Positions 7,348-17,182 of a DNA stretch of 32,000 nt are shown here, one piece after another. Both the position numbers and the translations under genes were made by a program. Origin of the DNA: Opitutia bacterium KCR 482 (GTDB lineage Bacteria; Verrucomicrobiota; Verrucomicrobiia; Opitutales; Intestinicryptomonadaceae); NCBI GenBank assembly GCA_029269845.2, contig CP149973.1:390001-422000 (forward strand). The letters run 5' to 3'. How positions within the stretch are numbered: position 1 is the stretch's first letter; every line of letters starts with the position of its first letter. The notes under the pieces were generated by a model. It had not been told where the DNA came from. It saw nothing but the letters and a program-made list of their open reading frames with translations, and made no database searches.

Positions 7348-9807
7348 ATGAAAAAACTGCTTACAACATTACTCACGGCAACCGCGCTCTCGCAGGCGCT
7401 CTTCGGGGGCGAATCGCCGCGCTCGACGGTCGCGCTCGAAGACGGCTGGAAATTCGCGAAAGGCGACTACCCCGACGCCGAAAAAACATCTTTCGACGAC
7501 TCCAAGTGGGAGTCCGTCAAAGTCCCACACGACTGGGCAATCGGAAAGCCCTTCGACATGAACATCGACATGCAGTACGTTCAGGTCTTTCAGGACGGCG
7601 ACAAAAAAGCCATGCTGCGCACGGGGCGCACGGGAGCTCTCCCCTGCTTCGGCGCGGGCTGGTACAGAAACACGCTAGACATTCCCGCCGGCAAAAACGG
7701 CTCGCGCGTGTTCGTCGAATTCGACGGCGCAATGAGCAACGCAAAGGTCTTCGTCAACGGCAAATACGTCGGAACGTGGCCCTACGGCTACGCGTCGTTC
7801 ACGTTCGACATCACCGATTTCGTGAAGTTCGGCAAGCCCAACACGCTCGCGGTAAGCCTCAACAACAAAGAGCTTTCGTCGAGGTGGTATTCGGGCGCGG
7901 GGCTTTACCGCAACGTGCGCCTTGTGTACAAGTCGCCGACGCACGTCGCCTACAACGGCACATACATCACGACGCCGAAAATCGCGAAAAACAGGGCGTC
8001 GGTGCTCGTGAAAACGGAAGTTGAAAAGCCAGATGGCGCGGCGAAAATCGTCCACAAAATCTTCGCGCCCGACGGCTCGCTGGCGGCTTCGGGAAGCTCG
8101 GAAGACATTTCGAAGCCCGTCTACATCGACGTTCCCAACCCGCAGCTCTGGGACGTAAAAACGCCCAACCTCTACCGCGCCGAAACGTCGCTTTTCGACA
8201 AAAACGGCAAAGAGCTTGACCGCTACGAAACGCGCTTCGGAATCCGTTCAATCGAAATTTCGCGCGAAAACGGCTTCGTCCTCAACGGCAAAAAAACCGC
8301 AATTAACGGCGTCTGCATGCACCACGACCTCGGGCCCATCGGCGCGGCTACAAACGTGCGCGCGCTCAAACGCCAGCTCGAAACGCTCAAAGAAATGGGC
8401 TGCAACGCAATCCGCACATCGCATAACCCGCCCTCGCCCGAACTGCTCGACCTCTGCGACGAAATGGGCTTCATCGTCGAAGACGAAGCATTCGACGAAT
8501 GGCGGCATCAGAAATGCGAAAACGGCTACCACAAGCTTTTCAACGAATGGGCCGAAAAGGATTTGACCGCGTTCGTCAAGCGCGACCGCAACCACCCTTG
8601 CGTCGCACTTTGGAGCATAGGCAACGAAGTCAACGACCAACGCTTTCCCGACGGCGGCGCGACGGCGAAATTCCTTGTAGACATCGTCCACCGCGTAGAC
8701 CCCACGCGCCCCGTGACGGCGGGAATCAACAACATCAAAAGCGCGTTCGAAGTCAGCAAAATTCCGCAGGAGCTTGACGTTGTCGGGCTGAACTACCAGC
8801 CCTTCCTCTACGCAAAATATGCCAAGGAATATCCGAACATGATATTCCACGGAAGCGAAACCGCCTCCACAGTAAGCTCGCGCGGAAGCTACCACTTCCC
8901 CGTGAAGCGCGACAGCCAGCCATACCACGAAGACTATCAGGTTTCCTCATACGACACCGAAACGCCGCCGTGGGCGCAGATTCCCGACGAGGAATTCGCC
9001 GCCCTCGACGACAACCCGACGTTCTTCGGCGAATTCGTATGGACGGGCTACGACTACCTCGGCGAACCCACTCCCTATAACCCCGGAACGCCCGCCCGCA
9101 GCTCGTACTTCGGAATCATCGACCTTGCGGGCTTCAAGAAGGACCGCTTCTACGCCTATCAGGCTCGCTGGAACCCCGACGTAAAGGTGCTGCACGTCAT
9201 GCCTCACTGGAACTGGGAGGACAGGCTCGGACAAAACGTGCCCGTCCACGTCTACACAAACTACCCGAAAGCCGAGCTTTTCGTAAACGGCAAAAGCATG
9301 GGAGTCAGGACGAAAAACCCCGAAACAAAAAATGTCATGGAAAGATACCGCATGATTTGGGACGATGTTTCCTATCAGGCGGGAGAAATCAGGGTTGTGG
9401 CGTACGGCGACGACGGCAAAGCCGCGGAGGAAAAGACCGTAAAGACCGCGGGCAGAGCCGCGACATTCAAGATGTCCGCCGACCGCGACACCCTTCTGCC
9501 CGACCCGAAGGAGCTGATTTTCGTCGAAATCGACATCGTAGACAAGGACGGCACGTTCTGCCCGCGCGCGGCGAATTTCATGTTCGTGAAAGTCGAGGGC
9601 GCGGGCAAACTGCGCGCGCTCTGCAACGGCGACGCCACAGACCAGACTGCGTTCTCGTCGAACTACATGAGGGCGTTCAACGGGAAACTGCTGGCGGTGG
9701 TAGAACCTACGGGAGAATCGGGCGACGTGAAAATCACGGCGTACGGGCACACGCTCGCGCCAAAGACGCTCACGCTAAAAATACAAAAGCCGATAGAAAC
9801 AAAATAG
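7348..9807 (+). CDS. glycoside hydrolase family 2 (beta-galactosidase-like), secreted
   Basis: I chose the ATG at 7348 because MKKLLTTLLTATALSQALFG is a signal peptide, whereas the track start at 7264 is a TTG. GH2 blocks are present: LEDGWKF...WESVKVPHDW, NAIRTSHNPPSPELLDLCDEMGF, WSIGNEV (acid/base NE) and FVWTGYDYLGEP. Confidence 0.93.
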   Translation: MKKLLTTLLTATALSQALFGGESPRSTVALEDGWKFAKGDYPDAEKTSFDDSKWESVKVPHDWAIGKPFDMNIDMQYVQVFQDGDKKAMLRTGRTGALPCFGAGWYRNTLDIPAGKNGSRVFVEFDGAMSNAKVFVNGKYVGTWPYGYASFTFDITDFVKFGKPNTLAVSLNNKELSSRWYSGAGLYRNVRLVYKSPTHVAYNGTYITTPKIAKNRASVLVKTEVEKPDGAAKIVHKIFAPDGSLAASGSSEDISKPVYIDVPNPQLWDVKTPNLYRAETSLFDKNGKELDRYETRFGIRSIEISRENGFVLNGKKTAINGVCMHHDLGPIGAATNVRALKRQLETLKEMGCNAIRTSHNPPSPELLDLCDEMGFIVEDEAFDEWRHQKCENGYHKLFNEWAEKDLTAFVKRDRNHPCVALWSIGNEVNDQRFPDGGATAKFLVDIVHRVDPTRPVTAGINNIKSAFEVSKIPQELDVVGLNYQPFLYAKYAKEYPNMIFHGSETASTVSSRGSYHFPVKRDSQPYHEDYQVSSYDTETPPWAQIPDEEFAALDDNPTFFGEFVWTGYDYLGEPTPYNPGTPARSSYFGIIDLAGFKKDRFYAYQARWNPDVKVLHVMPHWNWEDRLGQNVPVHVYTNYPKAELFVNGKSMGVRTKNPETKNVMERYRMIWDDVSYQAGEIRVVAYGDDGKAAEEKTVKTAGRAATFKMSADRDTLLPDPKELIFVEIDIVDKDGTFCPRAANFMFVKVEGAGKLRALCNGDATDQTAFSSNYMRAFNGKLLAVVEPTGESGDVKITAYGHTLAPKTLTLKIQKPIETK

Positions 9808-9821
9808 CGGCAGCAGCCTGC

Positions 9822-9859
9822 AAAAACGGCGCAATCCATTTCGGACTGCGCCGTTTTTT
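9822..9859. terminator. bidirectional rho-independent terminator between convergent GH2 and Sel1 genes
   Basis: AAAAACGGCGCA-atccatttcggac-TGCGCCGTTTTT is a perfect 12-nt inverted repeat with A and T runs on either side. Confidence 0.7.
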
Positions 9860-9876
9860 GTAGCCTATTTCTGCGA

Positions 9877-12800
9877 TTATTTTTGCGAATCGGAAACGAA
9901 CTTTTCGAAGTTTTCAAAATAGAACTTCGAGCGGTAGTCGCCGTTGTCCGCACCCAATTTCAGGAGGAATTTAGCGCGGTCGGCGTCGGTTATGAAATTC
10001 GTGCCGTTAATGTATTTTGCGGCAAGCCAGCGATAGGCGCGCACTTTCTTTTTAAGCTCGGCAAGCCACTTTTCGGCAAGCTTTTCGTCGCGCGGAACGC
10101 CGATTCCCTTGTCGTAGACGTAGGCGAGAAATTCCGCAGCCTCGCTTCTGCCGCGCTCGGAAGATTCCTCCAACAGGGCGATTCCCTGTTTGGCGTCCTT
10201 TTCGCAACCCGCGCCCACGACGAGCGAAAGCCCGCGGCGGTACAAGCCCCACGGCGAATGCGGCGCGTACTTTGCGTGCTCGTCGAGAAATTCGTTCGCC
10301 TTTTTCCAGTCGCGGAGTTTCGGATTCTTCGTATAGAAATCGTAGAATTCGCGGAGAATCGAAAGCGACGGAAAGTTCTTGCGCGAAAATTCAAGCCAAC
10401 GCAATTTGCGCTCTGGGTTGTACTCCAAGCCGCCCTTGTTGTAAAGATTGGCGATTGCAACGGCATTCTTCGCGCCAGTTGGATACGTTTGGGCGAGCAT
10501 AAGCTCCTCGGCCTTTTTGCGCAATTTTGCGGCTTCGGCGGGGTCGGATGGTCGCCCGATTCCCTTTTCGGCGCAGTACGCAAGGGCTTCGAGGGCGGGA
10601 ACTGTTTTGGTCGAATACGGGCGTTCGGCAGCCTTTTCGAAATACTCCAACGCCTTTGCTACGTCGCGCGCCGTTCCCCTGCCGTTCAAATGGCAAAGAG
10701 CCAAATCGAAGTAGGCGTCGCGCGGAACATACGATAATTCCTTTTTGCAATAGTCGAAATAGCGGCTGAGGTTTTCGAAATATTTTTTGTCGTCTTTCAA
10801 CTTCCAATTATTCTTGTAGACTTCGGCAAGCTTTTTGAAAAACCTGCCGTCGAGAGCCGCCGCCTGTTCGTAAAGCTCGACCGCGCGGGCGAAGTCGGGC
10901 GCAAGCCCGTTCGTGCCGCGCAGATAAAGCCGCGCGGCGTTCGCCAACATTCTGCCCGTCTTTGCTCCTGCGATATAGCGTTCGACAAGCGGTTTCAGCG
11001 CATCGTCGGGAAGCTTCGGGGCATTCTTGAAAAATGCAAAATTCGGCACGCGATCCGATACATCGATTGAAGCCAAAAGTTTGTCTGCTTTGTCGGGGTC
11101 GGCTTTCGTGCCGATTCCGTTTCGGTAGCAATAGGCGAGCCAGAATTGCCCCAGATTGTCGTAGGCGTAATTATTTTTAATGATATTAAAAGCCTTTTCG
11201 GGATTCTTTTCGCCGTCCTCGCCGCTCATTAACGAAAACGTATATTCATAATCCAGCTCAATGTTTACCTTTTTATTTTTTGCTTTTTTGGTATCGAGGA
11301 ATTCACCCGAAGAATTGAAATTGTCCTTGCGCCAAGAGTAGAAAGATTTTGCAAGCTCGAGAATCTTGACCTCGCGCCCCGCTTCTGGATAATCCGACAA
11401 TACCTGATATTTGTCATAGGCACTGTCTGCAATTCCCGCAAGGTTGCACAAATCAAGAAACTTCCCGTAGACTTCCGACTTCTCGCCGAAAAGCAATGAA
11501 ATTTGGGATTTAGCATTGGAATATATATAAGAATTAGGATAGGGCTTGAGGGAATTTACGAGTTTTTCCATTTCGGAAAGCGCGACGGCTTTGTCGACCG
11601 CCATTCCTCTGCCCTCGTACTTGCAACAGGCGAGAGTAAGCTTCGCGTATTCGCCGCCGAACTGCGCCGATTCTTTGAACGATTCCACTGCGCTGCTCCA
11701 GTCGCCGTTTTCGGCTTGATAACACGCCTTCAAATTCTCGGCTGCAGCCCTGTCTTTGAGAGAATCACAAAACTCGAGTGCGTCGAAATAGCCGAACCAG
11801 CTGAGCAAATGCTTGGCTGCGTCCTTGTTCCCCAACTCTGCGGAGGTTCTCAAAAACTTTTGCATCTGCTTCGGGGGGATATAATAGTCGGAATAAGACC
11901 AAGTAACCCCTAACGCAAGATTTCGATAAAAATCGGCCCTTTCGGTAATCATAAGCCTGTTCAGCAGCGACTGGGCAAGTTTTTCGTCTTTCGGGAAACC
12001 GTCGGTTCCCAGAATTAGCCGCTTTGCAATCTGTCTCAAATTCCACTGATTCTGAATCTTCGGAAGGAATTTTTTCAACGCCTGCGAAAGTTTTTCCGAA
12101 TCTCCGATTTTTGCATAATAACAAATCAACATTACGGTGGTAGTGGAATCGGAAACCTCGGTGTCAACGGGTGCAATTTCCTCCATCAATTTAACCGCCT
12201 TGGCACGGTTGGGGCTACTGAAAAAGCTGTCGGGGATGGTATCTCTGTAGACATTTTGGTTTCCGTATAACCAGTACGAAAGAAGGGATTGTTTTTCGTA
12301 CAAGTTAAGTTTCCCCATTTCGTAAAGCTTTTCGAGCTGCTCGGCGGCAAGCTCTTTCATTCCGAAATTGTCGAAAGCACTTCTCAATTCGCTCGCCCTT
12401 CTGTCGGGCGGAAGGGTATCGAGGACTTTTTTCGCAGTTTCAAATTCCTTTGCATATTGCGCATCGTTCATAGTCAGAACATACATCCGCGTAGCCGCGA
12501 ACGCGTCGAGTTCGTCGGCGAATTTCGAAAGAAACCCGATTAGCCGTTTTTTTGAAATGCCCTCTACTCCCATATTTTTGAGCGTAGAGTAATCAGACAC
12601 CGCATTCCACGGTTGAAATTCCCGATTCCAATATCCGTCCGAATTCCAGATTTCCTTTGCGATATCCTCCCTGTTTATTTTGCAAAGCCGCGATATGGCA
12701 CTTCCGAAAACATACCGATTGTCTTTCGTAAGAACCGAATAGGTCTCGGCATCGAGTTCGGGATAAATTTCGTCGGGCGAAGCAAACACAACTTTTGCGA

Positions 12801-13113
12801 AGTCGGGATTTGCGACTTTCTCGAACTGTTCCCTGTCGCCATCCAGAAAATAGATGTTGGCGAGCCTCTCGCGGGCGTACGAGCTTTTTTCGCTCTTCGA
12901 CTTCAAGTCGGCAACGAGTTCGTCGAGCTTTTTTCGCGCCGCGGCGTCGGTCTTTGCGAGTTCCACAAGCGGCGAAACGTAGCCGAATTTTTCGTAAGCC
13001 GCCGACGCCGCTTTGAGTTTGTCCGAACCGAACATTGCCGAATAGTCGGCGTCCGCTCCGAAAAGCGGCGAGATTAAAAACAATAATGCGGGGTATAACA
13101 TCGCTCTTTTCAT
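9877..13113 (-). CDS. large secreted Sel1-like/TPR repeat protein (1078 aa from ATG 13113)
   Basis: Sel1 (SLR) signatures are concentrated in the C-terminal third: AYCYRNGIGTKADPDKADKLL, LALCHLNGRGTARDVAKALEYFEKAA, AYCAEKGIGRPSDPAEAAKL, AYVYDKGIGVPRDEKLAEKWL. I prefer the start at ATG 13113 (MKRAMLYPALLFLISPLFGADA, a signal peptide). The track start at 13152 is a TTG that would overlap the metF terminator. Confidence 0.85.
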   Translation of the reverse strand: MKRAMLYPALLFLISPLFGADADYSAMFGSDKLKAASAAYEKFGYVSPLVELAKTDAAARKKLDELVADLKSKSEKSSYARERLANIYFLDGDREQFEKVANPDFAKVVFASPDEIYPELDAETYSVLTKDNRYVFGSAISRLCKINREDIAKEIWNSDGYWNREFQPWNAVSDYSTLKNMGVEGISKKRLIGFLSKFADELDAFAATRMYVLTMNDAQYAKEFETAKKVLDTLPPDRRASELRSAFDNFGMKELAAEQLEKLYEMGKLNLYEKQSLLSYWLYGNQNVYRDTIPDSFFSSPNRAKAVKLMEEIAPVDTEVSDSTTTVMLICYYAKIGDSEKLSQALKKFLPKIQNQWNLRQIAKRLILGTDGFPKDEKLAQSLLNRLMITERADFYRNLALGVTWSYSDYYIPPKQMQKFLRTSAELGNKDAAKHLLSWFGYFDALEFCDSLKDRAAAENLKACYQAENGDWSSAVESFKESAQFGGEYAKLTLACCKYEGRGMAVDKAVALSEMEKLVNSLKPYPNSYIYSNAKSQISLLFGEKSEVYGKFLDLCNLAGIADSAYDKYQVLSDYPEAGREVKILELAKSFYSWRKDNFNSSGEFLDTKKAKNKKVNIELDYEYTFSLMSGEDGEKNPEKAFNIIKNNYAYDNLGQFWLAYCYRNGIGTKADPDKADKLLASIDVSDRVPNFAFFKNAPKLPDDALKPLVERYIAGAKTGRMLANAARLYLRGTNGLAPDFARAVELYEQAAALDGRFFKKLAEVYKNNWKLKDDKKYFENLSRYFDYCKKELSYVPRDAYFDLALCHLNGRGTARDVAKALEYFEKAAERPYSTKTVPALEALAYCAEKGIGRPSDPAEAAKLRKKAEELMLAQTYPTGAKNAVAIANLYNKGGLEYNPERKLRWLEFSRKNFPSLSILREFYDFYTKNPKLRDWKKANEFLDEHAKYAPHSPWGLYRRGLSLVVGAGCEKDAKQGIALLEESSERGRSEAAEFLAYVYDKGIGVPRDEKLAEKWLAELKKKVRAYRWLAAKYINGTNFITDADRAKFLLKLGADNGDYRSKFYFENFEKFVSDSQK

Positions 13114-13120
13114 ACGGACG

Positions 13121-13148
13121 AGTTTAAACCTGCCGTTCAAAGTGTAAA
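13121..13148 (-). promoter_or_regulatory. sigma70-type promoter placed for a leaderless Sel1 (1078 aa) mRNA
   Basis: The minus strand reads TTTACA, a 16-nt spacer, TAAACT, then 7 nt (cgtccgt), then ATG (13113). It lies immediately downstream of the metF terminator T-run. Confidence 0.4.
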
Positions 13149-13150
13149 GC

Positions 13151-13181
13151 AAAAAAAACGGCGTCCCGCTATGGAACGCCG
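13151..13181 (-). terminator. rho-independent terminator after metF
   Basis: The minus strand reads CGGCGT-tccatagcggg-ACGCCG followed by TTTTTTTT. Confidence 0.65.
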
Positions 13182-13203
13182 CTTCGAAAAAATGCGCTGT
13201 CTG

Positions 13204-14079
13204 CTATCTTCCGCGTATGATGTGCGAAAGCCTTATCGCCGATTCCGCGCGGTTTAGAATATACAAGTGTATGCCCGCAACTTTGCGCTCTTTAAGCTCG
13301 GCAATCTGCTCTTTCGCCCAGTCCAAGCCTACCTGCGCCCCGCCGTCTTCGGGCGCGGCGCGGAGGCGTTCCACGAGCGCGTCGGGAATTTGCGTGGAGC
13401 ACATCGACTTGAAGTTCATCACCTGTTTGAGCGACAGCGCGGGGAGAATGCCCGCAATCACGGGCTTGTCGATTCCCGCCGCGCGGCACTTGTCCACGAA
13501 GTTGAAGAAATGCGAGTTTTCGAAAAACATCTGCGTTATGACGAAGTCCGCGCCCGCGTCGATTTTGCGTTTGAGGTTGTCGATGTCGGCGTCGAGCGAA
13601 GCCGCTTCGGGGTGCTTTTCGGGATAGCCCGCGCAGCCGATTCCGAAGTGCGGGTGGCGCAACTTCACGAACTCCACAAGCTCGTTCGCATGCTTGAAGC
13701 CGTCGGGGTGCGGCACGAACGCCGTTTCGCCCTTCGGAGGGTCGCCGCGCAACGCCATGACATTGCGGAAGCCCGACTTTTCGAAGCGGTCGAGTATGGC
13801 GGCGATTTCGTCTTTCGAATGCCCGAGGCATGTGAGGTGCGGCATGATTTCGAAGCCGAAAATGTCGCGCAAAAGCTCGCCGTAGTCGAGCGTGCGCTCG
13901 CGCGTGGAGCCGCCCGCGCCGTATGTAATAGACGCATAGTCGGGCGAAAGCTCCTGCAATTTTTTAGCCGTGCGCAGAATCTGGCGCGCGCCCTCCTCGG
14001 TTTTCGGCGGGAAAAATTCGACCGAAAACACGGTCCTGCCGTTCGCGAATTTGTCTTTTATATTTCGATTGTTTTCCAT
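13204..14079 (-). CDS. metF: 5,10-methylenetetrahydrofolate reductase
   Basis: The 291-aa product contains FSVEFFPPKT, ITYGAGGSTRERT, HLTC and ALRGDPP. GGAGA lies 9 nt upstream of the ATG, and the gene starts 19 bp after the alr stop, consistent with an operon. Confidence 0.95.
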   Translation of the reverse strand: MENNRNIKDKFANGRTVFSVEFFPPKTEEGARQILRTAKKLQELSPDYASITYGAGGSTRERTLDYGELLRDIFGFEIMPHLTCLGHSKDEIAAILDRFEKSGFRNVMALRGDPPKGETAFVPHPDGFKHANELVEFVKLRHPHFGIGCAGYPEKHPEAASLDADIDNLKRKIDAGADFVITQMFFENSHFFNFVDKCRAAGIDKPVIAGILPALSLKQVMNFKSMCSTQIPDALVERLRAAPEDGGAQVGLDWAKEQIAELKERKVAGIHLYILNRAESAIRLSHIIRGR

Positions 14080-14098
14080 GCAAAAATTTCTCCGTATC

Positions 14099-15187
14099 TT
14101 ATTTTAATATTCTGTCCACCCTGCGCGGAATGGCGACCATGGTTTCCCACGGAATGCGGCTCGTCCAGCGGCTGTAATCGGCGAGGGAAATTTCCGCGCC
14201 GTTCTGCTCGCCGATGAACGAGACTTCGTCGCCGACGTGCGCGTCGACGCCGCTTACGTCGATGTACATTTCGTCGAGACCCACGCAGTCCAAAATCTTG
14301 CAGCGTTTGCCGCCCACGAGCACGCGGGCGTCGGAATTGAAGCCCGCGGGGACGCCGTCGGCGTAGCCCGCGCAGACCGAGGCTATTTTCTTTCCGCCGC
14401 GCTCGCCCACAGCCAAAATCCGCGCCTTGAACGCGAGCACGGAGCGCAGCCCCAAAGACTCGAAACCGCCGCCGTCGTCGAACGGATTTATGCCGTACTG
14501 CACAAGCCCCATGCGGACGGCGTTCAGCGGCGGCTCAATCGGAATATAGCTAAGCCCCGCGCTGTTGTGGATATGCAAAAGCATGTCGGGCGAGCCGTAT
14601 TTGCACACGACTTTCCTGAAAATTTCGACCTGCCCGAACGTGTAGTCTCTGTCGGTGTCCGCGCTCGAAAGGTGCGAGAATATGCCGTTGATTTTCAGGT
14701 GCGGCAGCGAGAGGATTTTCGGAAAAACCTCGTCCGCCTTTTCGTGCCAGACGCCCGCGCGACCCATGCCAGTGTCGAGCTTGATGTGCGCACCGAGGAT
14801 TTTCCCGCGCTTTGCGGCGAGTTCGTCGAACGCCTGCGCCTCGGCGTACGACGAAACCGCGGGCGTTGCGCCGTAGTCGAAAACCAGCGGGCGCTCCTCT
14901 TTGAGAATCGGGCTGAGCACCAGAACCTGCCTGTCTGAGACGACCTCGCGCACGCGCGACGCCTCGTAGAGGTTCGCCACCGCGAACAAGTCAGCCCCGC
15001 CGCGCAGAAAGCGGACAAGCGCCTGCGGCATGCAGTGCCCGTAGGCGTCCGCCTTCACGACCGCGACGTATTTCACGCCCTTCGGCAGCGAATTTTTAAT
15101 GCTCCTGACGTTCGATTCGAGCCTGTCGAAATCGACCTCAATCCACGACCTCAAAATATGCTTGTTCACGATTTTATCAGCGACCAT
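14099..15187 (-). CDS. alr: alanine racemase
   Basis: I chose the ATG at 15187 (MVADKIVNKHILRSWIEVDFDRLESN). The sequence has the PLP-lysine block VAVVKADAYGHC. The longer track ORF adds an Arg-rich, non-protein-like N-terminus. Confidence 0.92.
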   Translation of the reverse strand: MVADKIVNKHILRSWIEVDFDRLESNVRSIKNSLPKGVKYVAVVKADAYGHCMPQALVRFLRGGADLFAVANLYEASRVREVVSDRQVLVLSPILKEERPLVFDYGATPAVSSYAEAQAFDELAAKRGKILGAHIKLDTGMGRAGVWHEKADEVFPKILSLPHLKINGIFSHLSSADTDRDYTFGQVEIFRKVVCKYGSPDMLLHIHNSAGLSYIPIEPPLNAVRMGLVQYGINPFDDGGGFESLGLRSVLAFKARILAVGERGGKKIASVCAGYADGVPAGFNSDARVLVGGKRCKILDCVGLDEMYIDVSGVDAHVGDEVSFIGEQNGAEISLADYSRWTSRIPWETMVAIPRRVDRILK

Positions 15188-15219
15188 TTTTTTACAATTC
15201 TCCCGCGTGTCAAATTCAA

Positions 15220-15666
15220 ATGCCCAAAAAACTTGACCGCCGCCCGTCCGACGCCGATTATCGTCCCATGTTCGAACGCATTTTTGAGATTTTCCGCCGA
15301 AACGAAACGCCAGCCGCCCGCATCGGCAGGCTGGGCGAAAACGCCGCCGCAAAATTTCTGGCGGGCGAGGGAATGAAAATCGTCGCCCGAAATTTCAGAA
15401 GCGGGCACGGCGAAATCGACATCGTGGCGCGGGACGCCGGCTGCCTCGTGTTCGTGGAGGTCAAGACGCGCTCCGAAAACGCGGTTGTTGACGGATACTA
15501 CGCGGCGGTGTCGAAAAAGAAGCTCGCCGTTTTGCGCAAATGCGCCCGCGCGTTCATGTCGCGCATGCCGAACAAGCCCGACAACTGGCGTTTCGACGCC
15601 GTGGAGGTGCGCCACGACCGCGACGGCAAACCCGTCTCCGTAAGGCATTTTCCGAACGTGGGCTAA
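15220..15666 (+). CDS. yraN: YraN family (UPF0102) endonuclease-like protein
   Basis: The core reads GENAAAKFLAGEGMKIVARNFRSGHGEIDIVARDAGCLVFVEVKTR ... RFDAVEV. The start is ambiguous. ATG 15220 is the longest option, while ATG 15268 (MFERIF...) leaves a more usual divergent intergenic gap to alr. Confidence 0.85.
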   Translation: MPKKLDRRPSDADYRPMFERIFEIFRRNETPAARIGRLGENAAAKFLAGEGMKIVARNFRSGHGEIDIVARDAGCLVFVEVKTRSENAVVDGYYAAVSKKKLAVLRKCARAFMSRMPNKPDNWRFDAVEVRHDRDGKPVSVRHFPNVG

Positions 15667-15723
15667 GCAGGCGCGGCGGGTCGGCTTCCGCGCGATTTTC
15701 GCGCCGCGGAGAAAGCGTAATTT

Positions 15724-15761
15724 CAAAAAATCCACGCGCCGATTTCGTCGGGGTTGCGCGG
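15724..15761 (-). terminator. probable rho-independent terminator after folC
   Basis: The minus strand reads CCGCGC-aaCCCCGA-cgaaa-TCGGc-GCGTGG, a two-part stem, followed by ATTTTTTG. It lies directly after the folC TAA. Confidence 0.5.
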
Positions 15762-15763
15762 CT

Positions 15764-17086
15764 TTATTTGTACGGAATGTCTTGGAGATTGTCGGACTCT
15801 CCGCCCGACAGCGCGGCGAGGACTTCGCCCGCAAGGTAAATCGAGCCTGTCGAAACAATGGTCTCGCCGCGCGAGACCGCCGCGCACGCGTTGCCCGCCC
15901 CGAAAACGTCGGAAACTTTCGCCTCTACAATCTCGACGGGGCATTCGCCGAGGCACTTTCTGAGCGCGGCAAAGCCCAATGCGCGGGGCTGGTCGGGAAC
16001 GAGCAAAATTATTTTCCGCGCGTATTTTTTCACCACTTTGAGCAGCGGCACGGCGCGTTCCTCGCCCAAAACGCCCACCGCGATTACGGGACGCACAGAC
16101 TTCGGCAGCGACGCCAAGTTGCTTTCGAGAGTCCGCGCCCCCTCCTCGTTGTGCGACGCGTCGAGAATCAGCTCCGCGCCGTTCGCGAGCGGAATTTTCT
16201 GCCAACGCGCCGCCCACGAAACGTCGAGCAGCGCGGAACGTGCGGCGGACTCCTCCAAGCGCGAGAATATTTGCGGCGCAACGCCCGCCGCCGCGCGTTC
16301 GCGCAAAACCCTTGCGCACAAAACGGCGGTCGCGGCGTTCCTGCGCTGGTAGTAGCCGTAGAGCGAAGTTTCGGGCAGGTCGGAATCGTTCGGGAAAAAG
16401 TCCTCCGCCTTGTAGAGCGGCGCGTGTTTTTCCGCCGCGACCTCCTCCGCAACCCGCATTGCCTCTGGCGGCAAAAATCCGCAAACGACGGGCACGCCCT
16501 CCTTTATTATCCCCGCCTTTTCCCGCGCGATTTCCGCCACGGTAGAGCCGAGCATTTGAATGTGGTCAAGCCCCACGGAGGTTATCACGGAGAGTTCGGG
16601 AAGAATGATGTTTGTGGAGTCGAGCCTGCCGCCCAAGCCGACTTCCACTACGGCGCAATCGACGTTTTTTTCGGAGAAATAAAGGAACGCCGCCGCCGTC
16701 ATGTATTCGAAAAACGACGGGTATTCGGCGATGTTTGACGGGTCGAAAACCGAGTCCGCAACTCCGCGCAGTTTCGCCGCGTAGCCCACGAGGTCGGGCT
16801 TCGAAACGGGAACGCGGTTCACCTGAATGCGCTCGCCCAAATACGTCAGGTGCGGAGAGGTGAACATGCCGACGTTCAGCCCGCGCCCGCGCAAAACGCG
16901 TTCGAGCATTGCGCAGACGGAGCCTTTGCCGTTCGTTCCTGCGACGTGGATTTTCGGGTAGCCGTTCTGCGGGTTTCCGAGCGCGGCGCAGAACGCGCGA
17001 ATGCGGTCGAGCGAATACTTCGAGCCGGCGTTGCGCAGCGCGTAGAGGAAGTCCTCTGTTTTTTCGAAAGCGGAAAAGTCGTTCAT
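15764..17086 (-). CDS. folC: bifunctional folylpolyglutamate synthase / dihydrofolate synthase
   Basis: The 440-aa product has the Mur-ligase P-loop HVAGTNGKGS, and also FTSPHL and ITSVGLDH. Confidence 0.95.
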   Translation of the reverse strand: MNDFSAFEKTEDFLYALRNAGSKYSLDRIRAFCAALGNPQNGYPKIHVAGTNGKGSVCAMLERVLRGRGLNVGMFTSPHLTYLGERIQVNRVPVSKPDLVGYAAKLRGVADSVFDPSNIAEYPSFFEYMTAAAFLYFSEKNVDCAVVEVGLGGRLDSTNIILPELSVITSVGLDHIQMLGSTVAEIAREKAGIIKEGVPVVCGFLPPEAMRVAEEVAAEKHAPLYKAEDFFPNDSDLPETSLYGYYQRRNAATAVLCARVLRERAAAGVAPQIFSRLEESAARSALLDVSWAARWQKIPLANGAELILDASHNEEGARTLESNLASLPKSVRPVIAVGVLGEERAVPLLKVVKKYARKIILLVPDQPRALGFAALRKCLGECPVEIVEAKVSDVFGAGNACAAVSRGETIVSTGSIYLAGEVLAALSGGESDNLQDIPYK

Positions 17087-17130
17087 TTTAAACGGCGCAT
17101 TTTGAACCCGACCGCCCGACGCTTCAACGC

Positions 17131-17162
17131 TAAAATTGCGAAGCGGCGATTTTCACCGCCGC
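17131..17162 (-). terminator. possible terminator after the GH78-like gene
   Basis: The minus strand reads GCGGCG-gtgaaaat-CGCCGC followed by ttcgcaatttta. The T-run is interrupted, so this is weak. Confidence 0.3.
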
Positions 17163-17182
17163 CCCGCCGCGTTTTGCGGACT

